Assembly (NCBI GenBank): GCA_965215565.1
Contig: CBDCDZ010000004.1
Location: 4,000,001 to 4,064,000, forward strand
Direction of reading: 5' to 3'
Source of the DNA: Trueperaceae bacterium
GTDB lineage: Bacteria > Deinococcota > Deinococci > Deinococcales > Trueperaceae
DNA length: 64,000 nt
This document shows positions 29,045-38,497 of this stretch, piece by piece (position 1 is the first letter of the stretch; every line of letters begins with the position of its first letter). The notes beneath the pieces are model-generated. The model had not been told where the DNA came from. It did not search any database and saw nothing but the letters and a program-made list of their open reading frames with translations. The position numbers and the translations under genes were made by a program.

Positions 29045-29108
29045 GCTTAAATTACCACCGCCTAAATCGCCCCAGTCCAAGTCATCACAGCCTAAATCAC
29101 CCCGCTTA
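29045..29108. repeat. About four copies of a 15-bp imperfect tandem repeat
   Basis: GCTTAAATTACCACC GCCTAAATCGCCCCA GTCCAAGTCATCACA GCCTAAATCACCCC. Confidence 0.6.
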
Positions 29109-29127
29109 GAGACGTTTGCATTTCTGT

Positions 29128-29286
29128 TAGCAGTTCCACGACATATTGAGACAGTTGAGCGCAGATCTCTGTCCGCAAGGACTAGCGGGATTTCATCCCT
29201 TGAAGTGCGTGCTAGTTACGCAAGTTTGCTGCCTAGCAACATCGTTTTACAAAGTGCGAGTGTCTCTGACCAGATGATACCTGCTA
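29128..29286 (-). repeat. Repeat family 1, copy C
   Basis: TAGCAGTTCCAC...GTCCGCAAGGAC...AAGTGCGTGCTA...CTGACCAGATGATACCTGCTA. Confidence 0.9.
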
Positions 29287-29409
29287 TGTATGTCCACTTC
29301 AGACGGTGAGCTTGACATCTAACACGCCCGCGCACACCGCCTTACTGATTTGCTACAACGGCTCGAGATAGCTATTCGTAGCGATCACTCCGACAACTCG
29401 AGGGAACGC

Positions 29410-30822
29410 TCACGCGGTTCCCTCGGCGCGCTTCATGCCGAGCTTGCGCCGCATTTCCTCCAAAGGCACCCCCATCGTCTCCGGCATGACGAGCAGCACC
29501 CACAGAAGCTGCAGCACCATGAAGCAGAAGAAGATGGCGAACGTCCCCGCCGTGGACCAGCCGACAAGGGCTGGGAAGAAAAGCGAGACGACGAAGTTCA
29601 TCGCCCAGTGCGTAAACACCCCCAGCGACTGACCACGCGCGCGCACCTCGTTCGGGAAAATTTCACTGATGAAGACCCAGATGACCGCACCTTGACCAAA
29701 GGCGTGTGCGCCGACGAACAACATGAGGCTCACCAGCACGAGCGTGTCGGCGTTGCCGATGGCGGCGGTGGCTTGCGCCGAGCCTCCTTGAGCCTGCTGA
29801 AAAAGCTCCCCGAACCGAAAGAACGCATACGTGACCGTTCCTAGGCTGAGCAAGTAGCCTACCGAACAGACCAACATCAACTTGCGCCGCCCGAAGGAAT
29901 CGATGATCGCCATCGCCGCCGCCGTCGCGACGAAGTTCGCTCCGCCGATGAGCACGGTGTTGAGGAGCGCCGCGTTCTCGCCCGCGCCCGCTAAGGAGAA
30001 GATGCGCGGCGCGTAGTAGAGCACCGCGTTGATGCCCGAGAGCTGGTTAAAGAGCCCGATGGCGATGGCTAGAAGAATCGGCGTTCGGTACTTAGCCTGG
30101 AACAGGGGAACGCGCCCACCACCCGTCTCTTCGTCTAGCTCGCGCTGAATCTTGTCGATCTCCTCGTCGGGGGTGCCCTCATCGGTGCCGGTACGCTCCA
30201 TGATTTCGCGGGCTTCGTCCTTGCGACCGTTCGCCACGAGCCAGCGCGGGCTGTCGGGTACGATGAAGAGAAAGCCTAGAAAGAGAATCGCGGGCACCGC
30301 CTCGACGCCGAACATCCAGCGCCAGTCGGAGGGACCCAGCCCCAGCGAGCCGATGACATAGTTCGAGAGTTGCGCGATCAAGATGCCGACGACAATGTTG
30401 AACTGAAAGGTCGCGGTCATACGCCCTCGGTACTGGGCTGGCGACAACTCGGAGACGTACATGGGCGCGACGACAGCCGCGCCGCCGACACCGATACCCC
30501 CGATGAAGCGGAACACGATGAACACCCACCAGTTCCAAGCTAGGGCGCTGCCGAGCGCACTGACGAGAAAGAGAAGCGCCAGAACGTAGAGCATCGCGCG
30601 CCGTCCGAAGCGGTCCGCCGGGGCGCCTGCGGTGAGCGCGCCGAGGATAGTGCCGACTAAAGCGCTCGAGACCGTAAACCCGAGCCAGAAGTTAGACAGC
30701 TCGAAGACGCGCTGCAAGTCGTCGTTGGTGCCGGAAATCACGGCGGTGTCGAAGCCGAAGAGCAAGCCGCCCAGCCCGGCGATGAGCGCGCAAGTGAGCA
30801 CGTAACGCTGCTGCGCGTTCAT
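29410..30822 (-). CDS. MFS sugar porter (XylE/AraE-like)
   Basis: GGLLFGFDTAVISG, DRFGRR, PDSPRWL, QLSGIN, PETMG. Confidence 0.93.
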   Translation of the reverse strand: MNAQQRYVLTCALIAGLGGLLFGFDTAVISGTNDDLQRVFELSNFWLGFTVSSALVGTILGALTAGAPADRFGRRAMLYVLALLFLVSALGSALAWNWWVFIVFRFIGGIGVGGAAVVAPMYVSELSPAQYRGRMTATFQFNIVVGILIAQLSNYVIGSLGLGPSDWRWMFGVEAVPAILFLGFLFIVPDSPRWLVANGRKDEAREIMERTGTDEGTPDEEIDKIQRELDEETGGGRVPLFQAKYRTPILLAIAIGLFNQLSGINAVLYYAPRIFSLAGAGENAALLNTVLIGGANFVATAAAMAIIDSFGRRKLMLVCSVGYLLSLGTVTYAFFRFGELFQQAQGGSAQATAAIGNADTLVLVSLMLFVGAHAFGQGAVIWVFISEIFPNEVRARGQSLGVFTHWAMNFVVSLFFPALVGWSTAGTFAIFFCFMVLQLLWVLLVMPETMGVPLEEMRRKLGMKRAEGTA

Positions 30823-31088
30823 GAGACAAACCGCGCGCCAGATAACGGCGGTAAAATGATGAGCGTCTGTATCATGGTCTCCCCGTCCTTTTGGTCCGCT
30901 TCCATGCGTCTCACTATCATCAGCGTGTATTTCGTGTTTTCGGTACGTTCTGCCGCACTATAGACCTTGCTAGGCGACAAGTGCAACCGTTTTTGCTCGA
31001 GGTGTACAAACCGGCCTAGGAATGCGCTGTAAGAAGTGTTCAACCGAGCGAATATAGCAGTTAACACAAGTGCTGAGCGTGAATCACA

Positions 31089-31166
31089 CAAGTATCATCG
31101 CAATTAAGTGAGTGCTCGAGCGTGTTTTCTCTTCTCAGATTGGCTCAAACCAAATGATACTTGCTA
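31089..31166 (-). repeat. Repeat family 1, short variant
   Basis: CAAGTATCAT ... AAGTGAGTGCTC ... ATGATACTTGCTA terminal IR. Confidence 0.65.
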
Positions 31167-31185
31167 CAGTCGTTCATCTCGCGCT

Positions 31186-31962
31186 TCAGACCACGCTCAT
31201 CCCTCCGTCCACCCCCACAACCTGCCCCGTCATGAACGCCGACGCATCCGAGGCGAGCAGCACCGCCACCCCTTTGAGGTCTTCAGGTCCCCCGACACGC
31301 CCTAAAGGTGTCGCCGCTTCGATAAGGTCTCCCCCCGCCTCCAACGTCCCCTTCGTCATCTTCGTGGGAAAGAACCCCGGTGCGACGGCGTTCACCGTAA
31401 TCTTGTACTTCGCCCACTCCGCCGCGAGCGCCCGCGTCAGGTTAACAAGACCCCCTTTTGAGGCGTTGTAAGCCACCGTGCCGGTCATCTGCGGGTGATT
31501 GCCCTGCAACCCTGCCACCGACGCGACGTTGACGATACGCCCTCCCTTGCGCGGAATCATCGAGGCGACAGCAACCGCTTGGCAGAGCGCGAAAGCGGCG
31601 GTGAGGTTGAGGTCTAAGACCTTACGCCAAGCGTCTAAAGGGTGTTCTTCAGCGGGTGCGCCCCAAGTCGTGCCCGCATTGTTGACCAAGATATCTATTC
31701 GTCCCCACTCGTCCATGATTTGCCGAACGAGCGTTTCGGGCGCGTCTCGCTGTGAGAGGTCAGCGGGGAGAGGTAGAACCTCCGCGCCCTGAGCGCGCAA
31801 CCTCTCGGCGGCCTCATCTAGCTGCGCCGCCTTCCGCGCAGTGAGAACGAGTTTCGCGCCCTGCTCGGCGTAGGCTTCAGCGATTTGTAGACCTAGCCCC
31901 CTCGAGCCGCCCGTAATCAGCGCGACACGTCCGGTAAGGTCAAAAAGCTCTTTTACGCTCAT
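31186..31962 (-). CDS. Short-chain dehydrogenase/reductase
   Basis: TGGSRGLG, NNAG, YNASK. Confidence 0.92.
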   Translation of the reverse strand: MSVKELFDLTGRVALITGGSRGLGLQIAEAYAEQGAKLVLTARKAAQLDEAAERLRAQGAEVLPLPADLSQRDAPETLVRQIMDEWGRIDILVNNAGTTWGAPAEEHPLDAWRKVLDLNLTAAFALCQAVAVASMIPRKGGRIVNVASVAGLQGNHPQMTGTVAYNASKGGLVNLTRALAAEWAKYKITVNAVAPGFFPTKMTKGTLEAGGDLIEAATPLGRVGGPEDLKGVAVLLASDASAFMTGQVVGVDGGMSVV

Positions 31963-32028
31963 GGTGTTCCTTTCGGGAAGAGTAGTGAGTTGAAAGCAAC
32001 AAAGAAGTTGAAAGTAACGAGCAATGAG

Positions 32029-32157
32029 TGATACGGATTCCGATTGATTACTACATAAACTCCTGTCGGGTTGATTCCGTAATCACCGGAATCCGTAGTC
32101 TTTTCAGCTCGCTACGCTCGGGGTAATTCCTACGGGAATTACCCGGAAACGGTATGA
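32029..32157 (+). repeat. Repeat family 2 (Deinococcus SRE/SNR-like), copy 1
   Basis: ATACGGATTCCG...CGGAATCCGTA, GCTCGCTACGCTCGG, GGGTAATTCC-TACG-GGAATTACCC; inverted homolog at 49770-49898. Confidence 0.85.
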
Positions 32158-32189
32158 AAACCAGAAACTCGTTGCTCGGAACTCATTGC

Positions 32190-34277
32190 TCATTGCTGCT
32201 CTTGAAACCCCTTCCCCTCTTCCGCCAACCTCTTCAGCAGCGGCGCAGGTTCCCACAGTTTCCCGTGGACCTCATGAAACTGCTGAATATCCGCGACGAC
32301 CTCTTTCAGCCCGACTTGCTCCGCGTAAAACATCGGTCCGCCCTTGTACGCGGGGAAGCCGTAGCCGTAGACGTAAATCACGTCGATGTCGCCCGCGCGC
32401 TGCGCTATACCTTCGTCTAAGATCTTCGCACCCTCGTTGACGAGCTGATACATGAGGCGTTTTAGAATCTCCTCGCCGCTGATCTCACGGCGTTCTATGC
32501 CAATGTCTGCTGAATGCTGAACGATGAGGTCTTCGATTTCTGGGTCAGGAATGGGCGTGCGGCTGCCCTCCTCGTAACGGTAGAAGCCCGCGCCCGTCTT
32601 CTGCCCCAAACGCCCCAAGTTGTAAACCTTGTCCGACACTGCGGAGTAGCGCTCGCCCACGTCGCGCGTCGCGGCTTGCCGCTGGCGGATGCGGTAGCCC
32701 ACGTCGAGCCCGGCTAAGTCGCCCACCGCAAAGGGTCCCATCGCCATGCCAAAATCTTTCATCACCTCGTCCACCTGCTGCGGGAGCGCCCCCTCTTCGA
32801 CTAAGAAGTTCGCCTCGCGGGTGTACTTGTGGATCATCCGGTTGCCGACGAAGCCGTCGCAGACGCCCACCACCACCGGGACTTTGCGCATCTTTTTGGC
32901 GAGGGACAGCGCGGTGGCGAGGGCTTCGTCCGAGGTTTCGTCGGCGCGCACGACCTCTAAGAGCTTCATGACGTTCGCGGGGCTGAAGAAGTGCGTGCCG
33001 AGCACGGCGCTAGGGCGAGAGGTCGAGGCGGCAATCTCGTTCACGTCTAAGGTGGAGGTGTTAGTAGCGAGGATGGTACCGGGTTGGGTAACGCGCTCCA
33101 GCGCTCCAAACACCTCTTTTTTGACGTCCATATCTTCGAAAACGGCTTCGATGATGAGGTCGGCGTCTTTGAGCGCACCGTAGCCCAGTACACCTTCGAT
33201 GAGACCCAGGCGTTCGTCCATGACCTCTTGCGACAAACGTCCCTTGTCCACTGTGCGCTGGTAGTTTTTACGAATTGTACTTAGCCCGCGCTCGAGGTTC
33301 TCACGTGCGGTCTCGAGCACCTTCACCTTCACCCCAGCGTTCGCGAAGTTCATCGCGATGCCGCCCCCCATCGTGCCCGCGCCGACGACGGCGGCGCGCG
33401 TCACCTCTTTAGGTTCGGCGTCTTCGAGCCCCGGCACCTTCGCCGCTTCGCGCTCGGCGAAGAAAACGTGGCGCAGGGCTTTCGATTGGTCAGACTCCAG
33501 CGCCTCCATAAACAGCGTGCGCTCGCGTTTCAGACCCTCGTCGAAGGGCAACGTGACGGCGGCTCGCACCGCGCCTATGCACCGCAGAGGTGCGTCTAAT
33601 CCTCTCGCCCTTTTCGCCGCTTGCGCTCGCGCTCCGGTGAAAAACGGCTCGAAGGGAACGGAGAGCTTGGGTTCCATCTCGCTGACGTTGCGCAAGCGTA
33701 CGCCGCTGCTGATAACTTTTTCGGCGTAGGTGAGGGCTCCTTCCAAGAGGTCGCCCTGAATGACGCCGTCAATGAGACCCAGCGCCTGCGCCTCCTCTGC
33801 TCCTATAGGCTCGCCCGTCGTGATAAAGTCCAGGGCTTTTTGCGCGTCGATGAGCCGGGGCAGCCGCTGGGTTCCGCCCGCGCCGGGCAAGAGCCCTAAC
33901 TTGACCTCGGGGAACCCTAAGCGCGTACCGGGCGCGGCGACGCGGTAATGGCAGCCTAGAGCAACCTCTAAACCGCCGCCCAGTGCGCTCCCGTGCATGG
34001 CTGCGACGATAGGTTTAGGCGTACCCGCCACGGCTGCGACGAGCTTGGGAATGTCAGGAACTTGCTCGCGGGGCAGGGCGAACGTTTTGATGTCCGCGCC
34101 CGCGATGAAGCTGCGCCCCGCGCCGATGAGCACGAACGCTTGTACCTCGTCATCGTCGCTGCCTCGCCCCAGCCCTTCAACAATCCCTTCGGGCACGCCG
34201 GGGCTCAGTACGTTCACGGGTGGGTTATCAACGGTTAAAACAGCAATCGGACCGTGGCGGTCGTAGGAAACGTTCAT
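32190..34277 (-). CDS. Enoyl-CoA hydratase / 3-hydroxyacyl-CoA dehydrogenase multifunctional enzyme
   Basis: GGGLE, PEVKLGLLPGAGGTQRLPR, GAGTMGGGI, NTSTL, HFFSPA, GFVGNR. Confidence 0.93.
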   Translation of the reverse strand: MNVSYDRHGPIAVLTVDNPPVNVLSPGVPEGIVEGLGRGSDDDEVQAFVLIGAGRSFIAGADIKTFALPREQVPDIPKLVAAVAGTPKPIVAAMHGSALGGGLEVALGCHYRVAAPGTRLGFPEVKLGLLPGAGGTQRLPRLIDAQKALDFITTGEPIGAEEAQALGLIDGVIQGDLLEGALTYAEKVISSGVRLRNVSEMEPKLSVPFEPFFTGARAQAAKRARGLDAPLRCIGAVRAAVTLPFDEGLKRERTLFMEALESDQSKALRHVFFAEREAAKVPGLEDAEPKEVTRAAVVGAGTMGGGIAMNFANAGVKVKVLETARENLERGLSTIRKNYQRTVDKGRLSQEVMDERLGLIEGVLGYGALKDADLIIEAVFEDMDVKKEVFGALERVTQPGTILATNTSTLDVNEIAASTSRPSAVLGTHFFSPANVMKLLEVVRADETSDEALATALSLAKKMRKVPVVVGVCDGFVGNRMIHKYTREANFLVEEGALPQQVDEVMKDFGMAMGPFAVGDLAGLDVGYRIRQRQAATRDVGERYSAVSDKVYNLGRLGQKTGAGFYRYEEGSRTPIPDPEIEDLIVQHSADIGIERREISGEEILKRLMYQLVNEGAKILDEGIAQRAGDIDVIYVYGYGFPAYKGGPMFYAEQVGLKEVVADIQQFHEVHGKLWEPAPLLKRLAEEGKGFQEQQ

Positions 34278-34490
34278 AGTGGATGTCCTCTCCCAAAGTC
34301 GGTTGAGTGTAGCTTACCTAGAGAGAGGTTGGAAGGGACTCGTTGTTCTAACGTAGGAGAGACTAAAGGTCAGCTCTACGCTCTCCCTAGACGTTCTACC
34401 TCGAGTCTAGTCGGTTGGGCAGTTCCCGTCTTCTAAAGTCGCGTTTAGGTTTCGGGAGAAGCTCGAGGCGGACCTGTCGCAAGGACCTTC

Positions 34491-35336
34491 TTAAACCGCC
34501 ACCGCGTCAGGCGCGAGCACGAAGCGCCGAATCGCGGCGGCGACCACGCCGTCGTCGCAGTGTGGACCCACCCAGGTGGCGGCGGCTCTGACCTCGGCGG
34601 GCGCGTTGGCGGGCGCGACGCCGACGCCCAAGGGGAACATCGTCGCGTCCGCAGGCGAGTCGCCTAAAGCGAGCACGGGCGCGTCATCTAGCCCCAAATA
34701 GTGCCGTATCCACCGCGCCGCCTCGCCCTTGCTGGTGCGCTCGGAAATTACGCTCATCGCTTCGCGCGGGTCGTACGAACTCGGTGCGTAGTACGAGGGC
34801 GCGAGCCCCAGCGCCGTCCAGTCGTGGGCGGCGTAGAAAGGGGCGACGTCCTCACCGAAGAGGCTGAGCGAGGCGACACCTACAAAGTCGCTAAAAGGAG
34901 CGTGGTCGTTGACGGGCCTGTAGTAGCGCCGGTTGTCGAAGGGGGCGCGGCTCGTGTCGAAGGCGGGGTGCAAGTAGGCAGTCGCGCCGCGCCGCACAGA
35001 CCAGTGATGCGGCGTTTTGGCGAAGAGGTGGAAGACGTCTCGCGCCGTCGCGCGTGCGATGCTCTCGGTGTGAAGGACGCGCCCCTCCGGGTCTTGTACC
35101 AAGGTGCCGTTGGAGACGATGAGCGGCGTGTCTAAGCCCAGCGCTTCGTGGACCGGCAGCGCGCCGATGTAGCTCCTGGCGGTGGCGAGCACGACGGTCG
35201 CGCCCCTCGCCCGAGCCTCAGCGAGCGCCGCCACATTGTCGGGCAAAAGCTGCCCTGCGTCATTCAAGAGCGTGTGGTCGATGTCGGTGACGATGAGGTG
35301 AGGGAGGTGGGGGGCGTGAGACGTAAAGTGGGACAT
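34491..35336 (-). CDS. HAD-IIB (Cof-like) hydrolase
   Basis: DIDHTLL, ATAR, SKG, GDSPAD. Confidence 0.88.
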   Translation of the reverse strand: MSHFTSHAPHLPHLIVTDIDHTLLNDAGQLLPDNVAALAEARARGATVVLATARSYIGALPVHEALGLDTPLIVSNGTLVQDPEGRVLHTESIARATARDVFHLFAKTPHHWSVRRGATAYLHPAFDTSRAPFDNRRYYRPVNDHAPFSDFVGVASLSLFGEDVAPFYAAHDWTALGLAPSYYAPSSYDPREAMSVISERTSKGEAARWIRHYLGLDDAPVLALGDSPADATMFPLGVGVAPANAPAEVRAAATWVGPHCDDGVVAAAIRRFVLAPDAVAV

Positions 35337-35354
35337 GGGGAACCCTTTGTTGAA

Positions 35355-36050
35355 TTAAGAGGTGTGTGCGAACCCCTCCAAGAGCGAACGGAAGAGCGGC
35401 AGACCGTCCTCGGAGCCTAAGAGCGCGTCGGCGGCGCGTTCGGGGTGGGGCATCATGCCTAAGACGTTGCCGCGCGCGTTGACGATGCCTGCGATGTTGT
35501 TAAGGCTCCCGTTCGGGCTCGCCGCCTCGTCTATCTCGCCGCTCGGCGTGCAGTAGCGGAAGACGACGCGGTTGTCCGACTCGAGCCTCGCCAACGTGTC
35601 CATGTCCGCATAGTATCGCCCCTCATTATGTGCCACAGGTACGCTCAGCACTTGAGAATCTTCATACTTCGCCGTGAAGAGGGTGTCGGCGCGTTCAACG
35701 CGCAAGTGGACGCTTCTGCAGACGAAGTGCAGCGCCGGGTTGCGGGTCAGTGCGCCGGGCAAGAGCCCCGCCTCGGTCAAGATTTGGAAGCCGTTGCAGA
35801 TGCCCAAGACCGGACCGCCGCGCGCCGCGAACGCCTTTACTGCCCCCATGATCGGGCTCTTTGCCGCCACCGCGCCGCTCCTCAAGTAGTCGCCGTACGA
35901 GAAGCCGCCAGGAATGACGACCGCGTCGGTCTCTCCTAAATGTTCTTCTAGGTGCCAGACCATGCGCACGTTCGCGCCTAGACGCGCTAAGGCGTAGCGG
36001 GTGTCGTCGTCGCAGTTCGAGCCGGGAAAGCGGACTATGGAGAGGTTCAT
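35355..36050 (-). CDS. purQ: Phosphoribosylformylglycinamidine synthase glutaminase subunit
   Basis: FPGSNCD, PGGFSYGDYLR, GICNGFQ, MMPHPER. Confidence 0.96.
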   Translation of the reverse strand: MNLSIVRFPGSNCDDDTRYALARLGANVRMVWHLEEHLGETDAVVIPGGFSYGDYLRSGAVAAKSPIMGAVKAFAARGGPVLGICNGFQILTEAGLLPGALTRNPALHFVCRSVHLRVERADTLFTAKYEDSQVLSVPVAHNEGRYYADMDTLARLESDNRVVFRYCTPSGEIDEAASPNGSLNNIAGIVNARGNVLGMMPHPERAADALLGSEDGLPLFRSLLEGFAHTS

Positions 36051-36166
36051 AGGCATACTTTAACGTCCGTCGCCTCGAGCTGTAATAAGGTGGCGTGGCG
36101 AAGCGGCGCAATACGCGCTTACAACGTGCTAGTGACGCGAAGTCTTTTCATGTTGCCGAGACACCC

Positions 36167-37265
36167 CTAAAAGTCGGTTGAGTAGTTCAGAGGAGTGAGG
36201 AGCGCTTTGAGCCAGGGCTTGCTGGGTTGTCCGGTGAAGCGTTGCCAGGGAGACTTGTTGCGAATGAGGTGATGATGCCATCTATAGCGGGCTTCTTTGA
36301 ACCAGTCCAAAGCGCGGTGGAAGGCTTTGACAACGCGCTTTTTGTTTCTTGACCATAGAGCGCTATAAAGGGTTTCCGAAGCGTTGTTGGTCAAGGGCAT
36401 CGCCTTGTACTGCCAGTAGAATTCAAGCTGCGTCCAGGCATTCAGTAGCGGCTCGAGCTGGGTTGCGCCGTAGCGAGCGGTGAGGACGCCTAGAAACCAC
36501 CTTGCATCTTTGAGGTTCGTGCAGGTATACAAGAAACGCAGATCAAGCGCCACGAGTTCACGCTCTCTCTTGGGGAACTGCTTCAAGACCTCTTCGATGA
36601 TGTGAAACCAACAGCGTCCATGCGGCTTGTCAGCGAAGTATTCACACGCCGCTTGGATGCTCTTACACCCATCACTGATGATCAGCTTAGGGTTGTGTGC
36701 AGCGATAAGCTCACGAACCACCTCTTCATCACGGTTCTCGCATAGGCGGTAGTCCATAACGGCTTGAGATTTAACATCAGTAAGCGTGTACATCCACCAC
36801 TCGCCTAGTTTGAATTCGTCTATGCTCGCGGCTTTGAGCTTAGTGGGCTTTGCCTGTTTCTCTTCTAGCCGCTCGGCTCTTAGAGCGCGTGTCCCTTGCC
36901 ATGAGGCGCGAGTTTCGCTCTGAATTGGATAACCTAAGTGCTCGGCTACCTCAGCAGCGCAGCTTTCATCAACCTGATGCACATCTAAGATGGCAAAGAT
37001 ACCCTCCACCTTTCGGCTGTACCACTTATAGCGCATGACACCCTCTGGGTAAACACACCCCAAGCTGCCTTTGCACCGCTGACAGCGCACACGCAACACT
37101 TTCTCTTCACGTATACCGTTTACATCTCGGTGTTTCCTGATGCGGTAGCCGCGTTACGGGCAGGCCGCCCTGCCGTTGCCACTCTCAGGCTTCCTTATCT
37201 CGCACTTAGGGCAACGTCTATCCAGTAAACTCGCTTTGGGGTAAGGGTTGTTCGTCGTAAACCAT
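36167..37265 (-). pseudogene. DDE transposase with an interrupted N-terminal zinc ribbon
   Basis: SIDEF, IISDG, CWFH, TNNASE; upstream in-frame RCPKC...CP-TAA-RGY...RCQRC; ATG at 37265 is out of frame. Confidence 0.65.
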
Positions 37266-37306
37266 TCTTACCCCTCTCTTCTACTCAACCGACTTTTCGT
37301 GCAACC

Positions 37307-38483
37307 CAGGGCTACCGCAAAGTCAGCTTTGAAGAAGTTTAAGGAGATAAGCACGGTCCCAGCCTGCTCTGAGGCGCTTAGCTTCCACGCCAGCTTTGAC
37401 AGTTTTGTCACGCTTCAAGAGGTTTATAGCTAGGTGTCTAAGGGCTACCCAACTTGCTTGGGCGTTTTCTATATGAGCGCGCGAGCTGTCTTCATCAAAG
37501 GCGACATCGAGTACCCAGTGAAGAGCATTCTCAATACCCCAGTGGAAACGTGCGGCTCTAAGCGCACGCGCTGCATCTAGGGGTAAGCTGGAGAGGAAAT
37601 AGCGGGTATGCTCACTGGTATTACCCTCCAGAGTGCGGGTTGCGTGAACTTTAACGAGGCTACTGAGTCCACGCCAAGCCTCACGCTCATGCAACCATTC
37701 AGGTACGGGCGAGACCCAACATTCACGGGTCTCAACACGCCCATGACCCCGCTCAGTGGTCTGGCTGTGTTCTAGTGCCCAGTCAACTTTACCGGCATAA
37801 GCGAAAAAGTCCTTGGTCTCTTCGAACAGAGTCGGATGGTTGTCTTTGAGCGCCAATACGTAGTGAGCGTGGTGTTCTCGAATGGTCCAGGCAATTTGTT
37901 TCTGTGTGCCCATAGCGTCCGTCGTTACCACTGCTCCAGCAGGATTAACGACTTCTAACAACTCAGGAATTACCGTTATCTCGTTGGTCTTGTCGGGCAC
38001 CCCCTTCTGGACCAGTACCACCTCGAACTGGCTTGACCAAACGCTCACTGTGTGCAGCGCGCCCAAGCCTTTTCTATGCGAGCGTCTCGCCGTTTTACCA
38101 TCAACTGCTAGTACCTCATCTTCCCCTTTGGGTAGTTCGGGCAACACCAGCGTCTGCGTCCACGCTAGAAATCTTGAGTGCCACACGTCAGGACTAAGCA
38201 GGGCAAAAACGCGCTCAAAGGTGTCCTGAGAAGGAACACCTGAAGGTAGCTCCAAAAAACTGCTCAGCCACGCTTCTTGTGCCAGCGCGTACTGATGAAT
38301 CTGACTGTAGGTATTGGCTCCGCAGATAACAGCCAAGATACTGATGCTTACTATGTCAAGCAGCTTGTGGCGAACGCCCCGTGGCTTTCGAGGGTCGGAT
38401 AGGTCGGCAAAGTGTGTCAGCAGTTTCGGAACATCAACCTCTGTCATACCTGACTCTACCCCTGTGACTTTGCGGTAGCCCTG
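37307..38483 (-). mobile_element. ISAs1 family insertion sequence
   Basis: Perfect 19-bp IR CAGGGCTACCGCAAAGTCA; 10-bp TSD TCGTGCAACC at 37297-37306 and 38484-38493. Confidence 0.95.
37323..38447 (-). CDS. ISAs1 transposase
   Basis: DPR...H.L, PSQDTF, AVDGKT, KTNEI, DAMGTQ, HGRVETR, HWGIENALHWVLDVAFDED. Confidence 0.95.
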   Translation of the reverse strand: MTEVDVPKLLTHFADLSDPRKPRGVRHKLLDIVSISILAVICGANTYSQIHQYALAQEAWLSSFLELPSGVPSQDTFERVFALLSPDVWHSRFLAWTQTLVLPELPKGEDEVLAVDGKTARRSHRKGLGALHTVSVWSSQFEVVLVQKGVPDKTNEITVIPELLEVVNPAGAVVTTDAMGTQKQIAWTIREHHAHYVLALKDNHPTLFEETKDFFAYAGKVDWALEHSQTTERGHGRVETRECWVSPVPEWLHEREAWRGLSSLVKVHATRTLEGNTSEHTRYFLSSLPLDAARALRAARFHWGIENALHWVLDVAFDEDSSRAHIENAQASWVALRHLAINLLKRDKTVKAGVEAKRLRAGWDRAYLLKLLQS

Positions 38484-38497
38484 TCGTGCAACCTCGG

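Larger units (their letters stand above)
36156..38497 (-). mobile_element. Decayed DDE insertion sequence (family uncertain, IS6/IS256-like) carrying a nested ISAs1
   Basis: Imperfect 30-bp IR CCGAG...AAAAGTCGGTTGAGTAG at 36156-36185 and, after removing ISAs1, at 37281-37306 plus 38494-38497; no flanking TSD seen. Confidence 0.75.

Noticed and set aside
37154..37156. Recoded stop codon in the transposase
   Set aside because: The codon is TAA, other lesions coexist, and all core genes use standard stops; decay is the simpler explanation
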